Origin: a virus | Lineage: Duplodnaviria > Caudoviricetes | Virus record (IMG/VR): IMGVR_UViG_3300006151_000005 | Span: 32,001 to 96,000 of that record | Length of the DNA stretch: 64,000 nt | Direction: 5' to 3' (one strand) | Shown: piece after piece, positions 30,526-39,562 of the stretch | How positions within the stretch are numbered: the first letter of the stretch is position 1 | Layout of the letters: each line of letters opens with the position of its first letter | Translations under genes and position numbers: made by a program | The notes under the pieces: model-generated | Told to the model about the DNA's origin: nothing | Database searches by the model: none | The model's input: only the letters and a program-made list of their open reading frames with translations

Positions 30526-30978
30526 ATGAACGAAAGTGCAAAAATCAACATTGGAAAGGTAGCAGCGTTGAAGAAGCTGCGAGAAAAAGTGAGCGAGCTT
30601 TCCGATGTAATGAAAGAATTGGGCGAGCCGATTCTTGATGACCTTGCTCTACTACCAGCAATCTACGAAGCATACAAACGTGTGTTCCAACGTCGCGGAT
30701 GCCCGGATGAAGCCACAAGCGTCCGCAACCGCAAGAAATTTCTCATGGTCGTGTTGTATCTCTATTCGCCGAAAGCACTCGCCGGCGACAGGATGCGCAT
30801 GGGATTACGAAAAAAAGTGTCGGAATTGTTCGGCTTGACTACAAGCACCCCAATATCCGACAACTGCGCGGGTCTTATCGTGCAATATCACGCTTATGCG
30901 GATTTCAGACGCGACGTTGACCTTATTTTCCAAGAGGTTCTGAATACTCTTGAAGATAAACTCATTGTTACTGACTAA
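30526..30978 (+). CDS. Hypothetical Bacteroidetes phage protein
   Basis: RKKFLMVVLYLYSPKALAG...GLR; preceded by a TAACTTTG promoter box. Confidence 0.6.
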   Translation: MNESAKINIGKVAALKKLREKVSELSDVMKELGEPILDDLALLPAIYEAYKRVFQRRGCPDEATSVRNRKKFLMVVLYLYSPKALAGDRMRMGLRKKVSELFGLTTSTPISDNCAGLIVQYHAYADFRRDVDLIFQEVLNTLEDKLIVTD

Positions 30979-31271
30979 ATAGCGGAATACGCCGGCATCT
31001 TGATAGCATCTGCCGGATAGCCTACCATCGCTAACGCCTCGGAAAGATAAGCATCCATATTGGCGATAGCGGTGCGCCCCGACATACCCAGTCGCCAGAA
31101 GTACGACTGATATTCTTCCATGCTTTGATTAAGGTCAAGATGATACTTGTCAAAAAGTCCCTTAATGACGGCGCAATCCTCGTATCGTTCAGTGGATAAG
31201 GCGTATTGGAAAATGACGGTCAAAATCTGATTGCCGTAATCCATCAGTGCCTTTTCAAACTTATTCTCCAT
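30975..31271 (-). CDS. Hypothetical protein
   Basis: MENKFEKALMDYG..., coupled to the XRE gene. Confidence 0.55.
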   Translation of the reverse strand: MENKFEKALMDYGNQILTVIFQYALSTERYEDCAVIKGLFDKYHLDLNQSMEEYQSYFWRLGMSGRTAIANMDAYLSEALAMVGYPADAIKMPAYSAI

Positions 31272-31560
31272 CGACGGGAACAACTTTAAGCTGCGCTCCG
31301 CATTTGGGGCAAAGGAACTCGTCCGCAGGTCTTTCTTTATTCGGCGCGGTGGCACGGATAGCGTCAAGCTCTTCATCTGACAAGAGCAGACTCCATGCCG
31401 GAACACCGAGGGCTTCGGCAATCTTCACAAAGGTTTCAACTTTGGGCATCGTGCCACGGATAAGCTGATTAAGACCTACGGTGGTCATGCCCAGTCTTTC
31501 CGCAAGGTCTTTCTGCGTCACACCGGCTTCAATGATGCGCTCTCTGATTCTGTTCTCCAT
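31261..31560 (-). CDS. XRE HTH regulator with C-terminal zinc ribbon (paralogue 1)
   Basis: TQKDLAERLGMTTVGLNQLIRG...PKVETFVKIAEALGV...CPKCG. Confidence 0.85.
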   Translation of the reverse strand: MENRIRERIIEAGVTQKDLAERLGMTTVGLNQLIRGTMPKVETFVKIAEALGVPAWSLLLSDEELDAIRATAPNKERPADEFLCPKCGAQLKVVPVDGE

Positions 31561-31673
31561 TTCCTATTTTTCGGGTTAAAGTAAACTGTTTGCAAAGTTA
31601 ACAAAAGAGGAATACAATTAAAGTATTCACTATGTTAAATAGTGTTAAGACAAAGCAAAAACTTATATTGTTA

Positions 31674-31705
31674 TTTGGTGGATTAAATTATTTACTTTAA
31701 CTTTG
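31674..31705 (+). promoter_or_regulatory. Promoter/operator copy 3 (divergent from the XRE gene)
   Basis: TTTG...TAAATTATTTACTTTA/TAACTTTG; extra half-sites near 31578 and 31619. Confidence 0.7.
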
Positions 31706-31740
31706 CATCGTAATCAATAACACCAATAAAAGTAAAAGGC

Positions 31741-32076
31741 ATGAAACTGATAACAAAAGCACTTGAAAAGACCTTTGCAAAATATCCCATGTATTCGCAG
31801 GATGGCAAAGGCAACGATGCGGTAGTAATCGCAAAATTCTTTCTGCCGGGTAGCGGCTTCACATGGTACGTCACAGAAGCAGAAAAGCAGGCCAACGGCG
31901 ACTACATGTTCTTTGGCTATGTAGAGGGCTTGGATAGCGAGCTTGGCTACTTCACACTATCGCAGCTTCAAAACGTGCGCGGTCGTTTTGGCTTGCGCGT
32001 TGAACGCGACATGTATTTCAACAACGGCAAGACCACACTTGCTCAAGTGAAACGCGAAAACGAAATGGCATACTAA
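31741..32076 (+). CDS. DUF2958-like early protein
   Basis: KFFLPGSGFTWYVTE...FFGYV...ELGYFTLSQL...VERDMYF. Confidence 0.75.
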   Translation: MKLITKALEKTFAKYPMYSQDGKGNDAVVIAKFFLPGSGFTWYVTEAEKQANGDYMFFGYVEGLDSELGYFTLSQLQNVRGRFGLRVERDMYFNNGKTTLAQVKRENEMAY

Positions 32077-32142
32077 ACAACATCGACGGGCGAGCCGGTC
32101 ATTAGATGGCATGGCTTGCCCGCCCTAACACCCACAAAAGCA

Positions 32143-32708
32143 ATGATACTCAAACTTAAATATATCGGCGTTAACGACTGGAGCTATCGCGTGTATGAAG
32201 ACCAGAATGGCCGTCGCTACGGCAATATAGAATTAGAAGATAGCAACGACATTAGCGCAATCTATCTCTTGACGGCTGACTACGAAGAGCCACTTTGCCC
32301 CATAACTGACTGCAAAGATTTGGAGGCGGTTGAAATCACGCACCGCGATGGCAGTGTAAACACAATCACAATCCCCAACAAATAAAATCCGAAAGCTATG
32401 GCAACAAGTCAGGAACTACCGGAATGGATGACCGAGGCGCAGATGGATGAACTTGCTGGCATCATCGACAATATCATCGGCGAGGGCGAAGAAGCCAACG
32501 CACCGCAATGGCGAATTGACAACGAGGTCAATAAAGCCACGGCGCGGTATATCGCCAAACATCACCCCAACGATTAAGCAGCAGAACCATGAGAACGATT
32601 AAATACAATAGCTTTGAAGAGGCATTTGCCGCGATGCTTGAATTTATCGACAAGGGAATCAAGTGCAAAGGCATCGGTCTGACAACCCTCGCTGTTTGGG
32701 ATGACTGA
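32143..32708 (+). CDS. Three small hypothetical proteins (32143-32385, 32398-32577, 32589-32708)
   Basis: Consecutive ATG ORFs with A-rich leaders; the last two found manually. Confidence 0.5.
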
Positions 32709-32810
32709 CGGAAAAAGACCTATTTACGACTTTGTGTAATAGGTCGTAAGAGAACGACACCGAAATGTTTTGCGATGCGGAAATAACAGTAATTTAGCAT
32801 CGTAAAACAT

Positions 32811-32883
32811 CGCGGGTTGGAGCAGTTGGAAGCTCGCCAGTTTAACTTGCTGGAGGTCGTCGGTTCGAGTCCGACACCCGCTA
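32811..32883 (+). tRNA. Initiator-type tRNA with Val anticodon AAC
   Basis: Cloverleaf CGCGGGT/ACCCGCT+A (C1xU72 mismatch, G2:C71, C3:G70, A73); D-stem GAGC/GCTC (A11:U24); anticodon stem CCAGT/GCTGG with loop TTAACTT (AAC at 32844-32846); T-arm GTCGG-TTCGAGT-CCGAC; CCA not encoded. Confidence 0.85.
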
Positions 32884-32911
32884 CAAATAAAATCACTTAC
32901 AAACAAAATCA

Positions 32912-33283
32912 ATGAAAAAGTTAACCCTACAAATTGACAAAAAGTGCTTTCAGGCAATTCTGAAAGGCGAGCAGAAAGTCGAGCATCGGAACGTGTATCC
33001 CAATAACGCCAAGAAGTATGTCATCGAAGAAGACAAGACTGATGAAAACGGCGAAGCCATCACGGTTGTAACACCGGTTCACTACGATGCCCTCACCCTT
33101 ATCAATGGTCGCCGCAAGGATGCGCCCCGTCTGACCGTGGAGGTCGTATCGGCTGAATTTGTCGTACTGACCGACGAAGACGGCAATGATTTGACCTTTG
33201 AAGAGAATGGCGAAGTGTACTATGTTTGTCAGGTATGGTACACCCTCGGAAAGGTTCTTGAAACCGCCAACATCAACGAATAA
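32912..33283 (+). CDS. ASCH domain protein
   Basis: LTLQIDKKCFQAILKGEQKVEHR (GxKxxExR-like). Confidence 0.75.
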   Translation: MKKLTLQIDKKCFQAILKGEQKVEHRNVYPNNAKKYVIEEDKTDENGEAITVVTPVHYDALTLINGRRKDAPRLTVEVVSAEFVVLTDEDGNDLTFEENGEVYYVCQVWYTLGKVLETANINE

Positions 33284-33310
33284 TCATTAACCCTTTAACA
33301 CTATAAGTGA

Positions 33311-33511
33311 GTTAGACGTAGAATTGATAACAACTATGGCCCCCGTCGGAACATGAACGGTGCCGGTGCCGGTGGCCGACTCGTAGCCCGTCGCACCCCT
33401 GCGGGCGTAGTTGCTGGTCGTAGCCAGCTCGGAAATCGTGAACAGCGTCGCGCTGACCTCCGCGCAGCCTTTGCTGACCAAATCCGCGCCGCTGGTGGAA
33501 CAACCGGCTAA
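33311..33511 (+). CDS. Arg/Gly-rich small protein with putative GTT start
   Basis: VRRRIDNNYGPRRNMNGAGAGGRLVARR...GGTTG*; in-frame TGA immediately before GTT; fills the gap between ASCH and the PAPS-reductase-like gene. Confidence 0.65.
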   Translation, partial: VRRRIDNNYGPRRNMNGAGAGGRLVARRTPAGVVAGRSQLGNREQRRADLRAAFADQIRAAGGTTG

Positions 33512-33521
33512 ACCCTAAATC

Positions 33522-34307
33522 ATGGCAACGCAGAATGTAAACAAGTACGCAGAAACCATGTCAATAATTCGGCGTATCCGTCAACAGACGGATACTGCCG
33601 TTTTATATTATTCAGCCGGCGGAAAGGACGGCATCGCTTTGCTTGATATGTTAGCCCCGGTTTTCAAAAAGGTTATCTGCTATTACATGTGGCTCGTGCC
33701 GGGTCTTGACCATGTGAAGCCCTATCTGCAATGGGCGGTACGGAAATACCCCAACGTTGAGGTTCGCCAGATTCAGCACTATCAGCGCGACTATTACGAC
33801 CGCTTCGGATTTTTTCAGGATGGCGAGGGCGACCCAAGCATCAAGCCCCGAAAGGTAGGCGAGCTTGAGGAGGAGGTCAGACAGGAAACCGGCATCAAAT
33901 GGGCGTTCAGCGGAATGAAAGGCGTTGACGGTTACATGAAGCGTATGCGCCTTTTGACTTTCAAGAAGCGCAACGGCACATACATGACAGACAAAGGAAT
34001 GGTTTACCCCCTTGCCGTCTGGACGAACAAGGAGGTGCTTCGCTATATCGAAATGCGGAATCTTATCAAGCCTTTTGTCTATAGCCCCAAAGATGTAAGT
34101 CAGGGCTTCGGCATCGATTTGCGCTCCTTGCTTGTGCTTCGGAAACGTTTCCCCCGCGACTACGAGCGCACCATCCGCGAATTTCCCTTTTGCGAAAAAC
34201 TCATCTTCGACTATGAAAACGGCATACTGCCATACGGTCAGGAGAAAGAGGTCATGGAAATCATCAAGCGCATAGAAACCGAATCAGAAGAATCAGACGA
34301 AGTATGA
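33522..34307 (+). CDS. PAPS-reductase-like (PP-loop) protein
   Basis: YYSAGGKDG PP-loop variant, GMKGVDG...R, YPLAVWT. Confidence 0.75.
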   Translation: MATQNVNKYAETMSIIRRIRQQTDTAVLYYSAGGKDGIALLDMLAPVFKKVICYYMWLVPGLDHVKPYLQWAVRKYPNVEVRQIQHYQRDYYDRFGFFQDGEGDPSIKPRKVGELEEEVRQETGIKWAFSGMKGVDGYMKRMRLLTFKKRNGTYMTDKGMVYPLAVWTNKEVLRYIEMRNLIKPFVYSPKDVSQGFGIDLRSLLVLRKRFPRDYERTIREFPFCEKLIFDYENGILPYGQEKEVMEIIKRIETESEESDEV

Positions 34308-35188
34308 AGCCGAACAAAATCAAACAGGCAGAACAGCGCACCGTCAAGCGAAGCGAAATCAACTTTGCTTCCTATAATCCACGTACCATCAGTGACGAGG
34401 CGCGAAAAAAGCTCAAGAAAAACTTACAGACCGTCGGCCTGCTGGGTGGCGTAGTCTGGAACATACGCTCCGGCAATCTTGTATCGGGTCATCAGAAAGT
34501 CAGCATCATGGATGCCGTGAACCGGTACGACGCGGAAACGGGCGCAAATGATTACGAATTTCGTGTTGAGGTCGTTGACTTCGACGATAAGACGGAAAAA
34601 GAGCAGAACCTTTTTATGAACAACCGAGCCGTGCAGGGTACATACGACGATGATATGCTGCGCGAGCTTCTTCAAGGAATAGACTATACCAATGCCGGCT
34701 TCGACGATACCGATATGCAGCTCCTCGGTCTTGGCGATTTCGGCGACTATGATATGGGCGATATGTTCGGCGACGATGGCAACGATGCCACGGATGGCGG
34801 CGATGCTGACGAGCCGGGCGAATCGACGGAAATCAAAGACTGGTCAAAAGATAATGTCGTTGGCGAGCGTGAAGACCTTGCAATCCACGATGAAATGACA
34901 AAGGAAAGCGGCGAGAATCATAAGCTCGACCGCAGCGCGGATTTTTATCAGGATAGCGAGGCCAACCAGATAGCCCGCCACAACGAAGTGCAGAAAATCA
35001 AAGACCGCATCGCAAGTCAGAACGATGTGAACAAGGACGGCGGCATGTTGTCCTATGTTGTCATCAGCTTCAAAACTCCGAGCGAGAAAGTGCGCTTCAT
35101 GGAAGACTACGGATTTGACCCTATGGCAAAGTACATCAACGGCGAAGAATTTGTAAACAAATTGGAATTTGGCGATGATGAAGATTAA
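34304..35188 (+). CDS. ParB-like nuclease domain protein
   Basis: YNPRTI...LKKNL...VWN...NLVSGHQK; acidic C-terminus. Confidence 0.8.
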   Translation: MKPNKIKQAEQRTVKRSEINFASYNPRTISDEARKKLKKNLQTVGLLGGVVWNIRSGNLVSGHQKVSIMDAVNRYDAETGANDYEFRVEVVDFDDKTEKEQNLFMNNRAVQGTYDDDMLRELLQGIDYTNAGFDDTDMQLLGLGDFGDYDMGDMFGDDGNDATDGGDADEPGESTEIKDWSKDNVVGEREDLAIHDEMTKESGENHKLDRSADFYQDSEANQIARHNEVQKIKDRIASQNDVNKDGGMLSYVVISFKTPSEKVRFMEDYGFDPMAKYINGEEFVNKLEFGDDED

Positions 35189-35281
35189 CGCAAAAATTTA
35201 ACTTTATTCTTTAATTTAGTATTGCGCAATTAAAGAATTTTGTTTAACTTTGCATATTATACAGACACTGACAACAGAGAT

Positions 35282-35737
35282 ATGAACTACCGATTTTTAA
35301 GCAGCATAACCGACGCGGAGGTTGCGGATTTTCGCAACAGGCTCGCGGCTGAACTGGCGACACGCATGACCGGCGACGGCAAGCGTGTTATCAGTGACGA
35401 GGCCATCGGGCAGGAGGTCAACCTTAACATCTCCACGGAAGATGCGAAGAAATATCTGCAAAGCAACGACGCGGAGAATTATGACTACGCGCAGCTTGCA
35501 GACGTTATCGCGGCCAAGTACCGCACATTCAGCGATGAAGACATCATGGCCACGCGCAAGGCGATGGTCGATAAATTCATGGCTCTTGCCGATGAGTATG
35601 GCTGGGATAAAGAACAGGCACGACGCGATGCCAAAAAGGAGTTTTACGACAACCTTTCTGACGGAACTATCCTTGAACTTCTGCGCAATGGCGAGTCGAT
35701 TGAGGATTATGTCGAATATGTAAGTATTTACGACTGA
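35282..35737 (+). CDS. Hypothetical protein
   Basis: ATG after a TTG...TAACTTTG promoter (~35222-35252). Confidence 0.6.
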   Translation: MNYRFLSSITDAEVADFRNRLAAELATRMTGDGKRVISDEAIGQEVNLNISTEDAKKYLQSNDAENYDYAQLADVIAAKYRTFSDEDIMATRKAMVDKFMALADEYGWDKEQARRDAKKEFYDNLSDGTILELLRNGESIEDYVEYVSIYD

Positions 35738-35743
35738 TAGCGA

Positions 35744-36430
35744 GTTAAAAAGCCACGTAAGACAGATTATAACGCGAGAGTCACAAAGGCACTCAAGGGA
35801 AAGGGCGTACCTCACCTTGAAGAGCCGATGTACCGCGTATCCGCGTCGGCTTTTATAAAGGCTATAAGACGCGGCAAGGCATCGCAAGGCAGGAACGGCT
35901 GGATGGTTGACCTGCATAGCAAAAGCGAATACAAGCGGATGCGATGCTTTCTTACTCCGGACGGAAAGACAGGTGTAGCGATAAAACGCGATGGGGATGT
36001 AGTGTCTGTATTCTCCACCAGCGGAAAACGAGGCGCAATGGCAAAAATCATACCGTTTGCGGTCGCTAATGGTGGTCGCAAACTGGATTGTTATGCTTTC
36101 TCGGATGGCCGCAGTTCACTTCACAACATGTACGGAAGATTCGGCGCAAAGGCTCACGGCAAAATGACCTTTGACCCGCAATATAATCCTGTTTTCCAAC
36201 GCACGGCGCAGGCCAATCCCGGTATGCGCAGACCCTCTCATGTCGTGGCGATGACGCTGCCGGGCAGTCTTGCCGGTGTCATGCGGGCTTACAACGCTGA
36301 CAGGAAGATTGACCTTGGGCGCGTGAGGTCGTATAATGATTACGACAAGATGATGGATGACCGAAACGCGCATCTTGCACTACGCGGAAAGTCAAGCGGT
36401 GTCAGAGGCGCACTTGGCGGCGGTAAATAA
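35744..36430 (+). CDS. Basic protein (possible GNAT-like fold) with putative GTT start
   Basis: Frame opens TGA TAG CGA GTT AAA AAG... = VKKPRKTDYNARVTKALKGKGVPHLEEP then MYRV (track ORF 35828); no ATG/GTG/TTG in these 28 codons. Confidence 0.65.
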   Translation, partial: VKKPRKTDYNARVTKALKGKGVPHLEEPMYRVSASAFIKAIRRGKASQGRNGWMVDLHSKSEYKRMRCFLTPDGKTGVAIKRDGDVVSVFSTSGKRGAMAKIIPFAVANGGRKLDCYAFSDGRSSLHNMYGRFGAKAHGKMTFDPQYNPVFQRTAQANPGMRRPSHVVAMTLPGSLAGVMRAYNADRKIDLGRVRSYNDYDKMMDDRNAHLALRGKSSGVRGALGGGK

Positions 36431-36452
36431 CCAACCCTAACACTACAAGAAT

Positions 36453-37046
36453 ATGGCAAAGATTGAAGAAATCATCCCGTTCATCCTTTACTTTGAAGCC
36501 GGCGTAAACAAACGCTATCTTTCACTTCCTCCCGAACAGATATTTGAGCAGGCGAAAAAGACGGGCTTCGCAAATGACCCCGACGATGCCGGCGGCGCGA
36601 CCATGTGCGGTATCACGATAGCGACCTACAAGGCGTACGGCAAGCGGAAAGGCTATCCCGTACCTACGGTGTTCAGCCTGCGTAACATCACATACAAGCG
36701 TTGGCGCGACGTACTCAAGACGCTTTTCTGGGACAGATGGAAAGCCGATGAAATCAAAAGCCAAGCCCTTGCGAACAACCTCGTCGATTGGGTGTGGGCA
36801 AGCGGCGTGAACGGCATCAAGATACCGCAGAGGCTTCTCGGCGTGACACAGGACGGAATTGTCGGCCCAAAGACGATAGCCGCAGTCAACGCAGCCAACG
36901 AAGCGGAACTATTCACGAAGATTTACGAAGCCCGCATCAATTTCGTGGATGGCATCGTGCGCAGAAAGCCGAGCCAGAAGAAATTCATCAAGGGCTGGAA
37001 ACGACGCATCAACGCTATCACCCTATCCGGGCTGAAATTCACATAA
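36453..37046 (+). CDS. Endolysin, glycoside hydrolase family 108 + peptidoglycan-binding domain
   Basis: E...NDPDDAGGATMCGIT; DWVWASG; QDGIVGPKT; FIKGWKRR. Confidence 0.88.
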   Translation: MAKIEEIIPFILYFEAGVNKRYLSLPPEQIFEQAKKTGFANDPDDAGGATMCGITIATYKAYGKRKGYPVPTVFSLRNITYKRWRDVLKTLFWDRWKADEIKSQALANNLVDWVWASGVNGIKIPQRLLGVTQDGIVGPKTIAAVNAANEAELFTKIYEARINFVDGIVRRKPSQKKFIKGWKRRINAITLSGLKFT

Positions 37047-37077
37047 TGCTAAAACCGCAGAAAGGAGGTGTTCTAAA

Positions 37078-37137
37078 ATGAAATCGCGCAAATCGTGTGG
37101 AGGCAAGAAGAAGCCCGGAAAGGGCGGTAAGTGTTGA
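37078..37137 (+). CDS. 19-aa basic peptide MKSRKSCGGKKKPGKGGKC
   Basis: Preceded by a perfect SD AAAGGAGGTG (37061-37070); followed by a hairpin. Confidence 0.45.
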   Translation: MKSRKSCGGKKKPGKGGKC

Positions 37138-37155
37138 AAACCCTAAAACAACAAC

Positions 37156-37184
37156 GGTCAGTCGGAATAAACCCCGGCTGACCA
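37156..37184 (+). terminator. Stem-loop after the endolysin/peptide genes
   Basis: GGTCAGTCGG...CCGGCTGACC; no clear U-tract. Confidence 0.4.
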
Positions 37185-37205
37185 TCACCCTTAAAATACA
37201 AGATA

Positions 37206-37493
37206 GTTAGACGCAGACGTACACCATCAACAAGAACTATGGCATACTACACCGGTAGCTATGCAGACCAGAACATGATGTCACCATACGGAATGGGATA
37301 TTCTCAGTCACAGGTGGCAATCAACAATCGCGCACAGGCTCTCCGTCGTCGTGTTGGCGATATGAACGTTTCATCATCCCAACGGCAAAGGTATTACGAT
37401 ATAATAGGCCGAGCCAATGGCAATATGTTTCAGGCAATAAGAACTGCAACGGGGGGGCAAATGACCACTTCCCAATTAGGTTATGCGTGTTAG
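37206..37493 (+). CDS. Small Arg/Gln-rich protein with putative GTT start
   Basis: GTT AGA CGC AGA CGT... = VRRRRTPSTRT in frame with track ORF 37239; same GTTAGACG opening as 33311. Confidence 0.55.
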   Translation, partial: VRRRRTPSTRTMAYYTGSYADQNMMSPYGMGYSQSQVAINNRAQALRRRVGDMNVSSSQRQRYYDIIGRANGNMFQAIRTATGGQMTTSQLGYAC

Positions 37494-37553
37494 AGAACCG
37501 GTCATCTCGCCGTCACATGACGGAAATAGCAAGTTCGACTCTTGCACACGCAG
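37484..37553 (+). tRNA. tRNA-like RNA with a shrunken anticodon loop
   Basis: TGCGTGT/ACACGCA acceptor; GAGA/TCTC D-stem; CCGTC-ACAT-GACGG; GCAAG-TTCGACT-CTTGC T-arm. Confidence 0.7.
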
Positions 37554-37584
37554 CATAGAAGATTAAAATTTCATTATCACGACG

Positions 37585-38256
37585 ATGCCGAAGAAGCGAA
37601 TTAGTAGCAAAACACCGCGCAAGCCCAAAGCCACACCCTCGTTTGATTATGAGAGTGAGGAATTTTTGTCGCAGGTCGATGCACTTGCTTTTGAGGGCTT
37701 TTACAATACGGAAATTGCTGACGAACTGAACATTAGCCGATACGAATTGGAAATGGCGATTTCACAATGCGAAAAATTGCGCAACACGATAGCGTCTGCA
37801 CGCGAGCGTGCGCGTGCGCGAGGCGCAGAAATGCCATCTCCGGCTATGTTTGCAAAGGTCTGGGCGAAGTGTAACGGAAAGCGCACTCAGCTGATGAAAG
37901 AATTTGGAATCGGCTGGACGAAGCTACAATCGTGGCTGGCACAAGAACCTATTTTCGTCGATATTATGGCGGAACGCGACCTTGAATTTCTGGAACAGAT
38001 AGATGTCGCCAGTCGCATCCTTGCCTTGGGTGGCGTAAAAGGAAAAGACAATTTCGCCGGCTGGAGCAGATACCCCGATAGTTGGATGATTCGCTTTCAT
38101 CTGAATACACTCGGAAGACGCTACGGCTATGGCGAGAATCCCATACAACCGGAAGTTGAAGATGACGGTATTCCAAAAAATGTTGAGCAGGGCATCGACA
38201 TTGATAGCTGGATAAAGCAAGAAGTGGAACAGAAGAAACGGGATAAAGAAGAATGA
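37585..38256 (+). CDS. Terminase small subunit (putative)
   Basis: HTH (YNTEIADELNISR), FHLNTLGRRYGYGE; coupled to TerL. Confidence 0.7.
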   Translation: MPKKRISSKTPRKPKATPSFDYESEEFLSQVDALAFEGFYNTEIADELNISRYELEMAISQCEKLRNTIASARERARARGAEMPSPAMFAKVWAKCNGKRTQLMKEFGIGWTKLQSWLAQEPIFVDIMAERDLEFLEQIDVASRILALGGVKGKDNFAGWSRYPDSWMIRFHLNTLGRRYGYGENPIQPEVEDDGIPKNVEQGIDIDSWIKQEVEQKKRDKEE

Positions 38257-39551
38257 TTATCAACCATGAGATATATTACCCCCTCTATACTGACAAGGAA
38301 CATTTCATCATCCTTGTCACGGGTGGTCGTGGCTCTGGTAAATCATTCGGAATCGGCGGTTTCTTGGAACGCCTATCATTTGAGCTGAAACGCAAGGGTC
38401 TATCCAAAGCGGAATCAGACAAGATTGTGCATAAAATCCTCTATACGCGCTACACTATGACCAGTGCGAGCATTTCCATTATACCTGAATTTTTGGAAAA
38501 GATAGAGCTTGACGGCACGACCCGGTACTTCCATACGACCAAAACCGACATCATAAACAAGATGACCGGTAGCCGTATTATGTTCCGTGGCATCAAAACA
38601 TCATCTGGCAATCAGACCGCAAAGCTGAAATCCATCCACGGCATCACGACCTTTGTATGCGATGAGGCCGAGGAGTGGACTTCCGATAGGGAATTTGAAA
38701 CAATCGCCTTTTCAATCCGTCAGGTTGGAATCCAGAACAGGATTATCATCATTATGAACCCTACGGATAGCAACCACTTCATCTATCAGAAATACATCAA
38801 GGACACGCACAGGATAGAATACTTTGACGGAGTGCCGGTGCAGATTTCCACGCATCCTCAAGTGCTTCATATCCATACAACGTATCTTGACAATAAGGAA
38901 AATCTTTCGGAAGAATTTATCAGGTCGGCTCAAGAAATGAAAGAGCGCGACCCGGAACGCTACGGCCACATCTTCATGGGCAGATGGGCAGACGTAGCCG
39001 AGGGTGCGGTCTTCAAGAAATGGGGCATTGTCAGCGAATTTCCAAAGAACTGCAAGCATGTTGCTCGCGGTCTGGACTTCGGATATACCAACGATGTCAG
39101 CGCGTGTGTAAAATGCGGCGTAATCGGCAACGACCTTTACATCGACGAACAGATATTTGAAACCGGACTACTTTCCAAAGACCTCATAAGGAAATTAAGC
39201 GAGGATGATTCATTCGTTTACGCCGATAGTGCAGACCCGCGACTGATTGACGAAATAGCTCTCGGCGGCATAATCATCTACCCCGTGGCGAAGCCAGCCG
39301 GAAGCATCATTGCCGGTATTGAGAAGATGAAATCCTTTGACAACATCTTTGTTACGAAGCGGTCACTGAACGTGCAGGAAGAATTGCGCAACTATGTATG
39401 GGCGAAAGATAAGGATGGCAATTACATCAACATGCCGGAAGATGCCAATAACCACTCTATCGACGCAACCCGGTATTATGTGCTTGGCTGCATCCTCGGC
39501 AAGATTCTCAAGCCGAAGAAAGTCAAGAAGTCAGATTTAGGAATATTCTAA
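38253..39551 (+). CDS. terL: Terminase large subunit (PBSX family)
   Basis: GGRGSGKS, FVCDEAEE, MNP, GLDFGY, DSADP, NHSIDATRY. Confidence 0.93.
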   Translation: MIINHEIYYPLYTDKEHFIILVTGGRGSGKSFGIGGFLERLSFELKRKGLSKAESDKIVHKILYTRYTMTSASISIIPEFLEKIELDGTTRYFHTTKTDIINKMTGSRIMFRGIKTSSGNQTAKLKSIHGITTFVCDEAEEWTSDREFETIAFSIRQVGIQNRIIIIMNPTDSNHFIYQKYIKDTHRIEYFDGVPVQISTHPQVLHIHTTYLDNKENLSEEFIRSAQEMKERDPERYGHIFMGRWADVAEGAVFKKWGIVSEFPKNCKHVARGLDFGYTNDVSACVKCGVIGNDLYIDEQIFETGLLSKDLIRKLSEDDSFVYADSADPRLIDEIALGGIIIYPVAKPAGSIIAGIEKMKSFDNIFVTKRSLNVQEELRNYVWAKDKDGNYINMPEDANNHSIDATRYYVLGCILGKILKPKKVKKSDLGIF

Positions 39552-39562
39552 CAACACCAGAT

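Noticed and set aside
32811-32883. Reading the tRNA as Leu(TAA) or a suppressor, or genome-wide stop-codon recoding
   Set aside because: The 5-bp stem/7-nt loop places AAC at 34-36; TAA, TAG and TGA all terminate genes normally here and long genes are uninterrupted.
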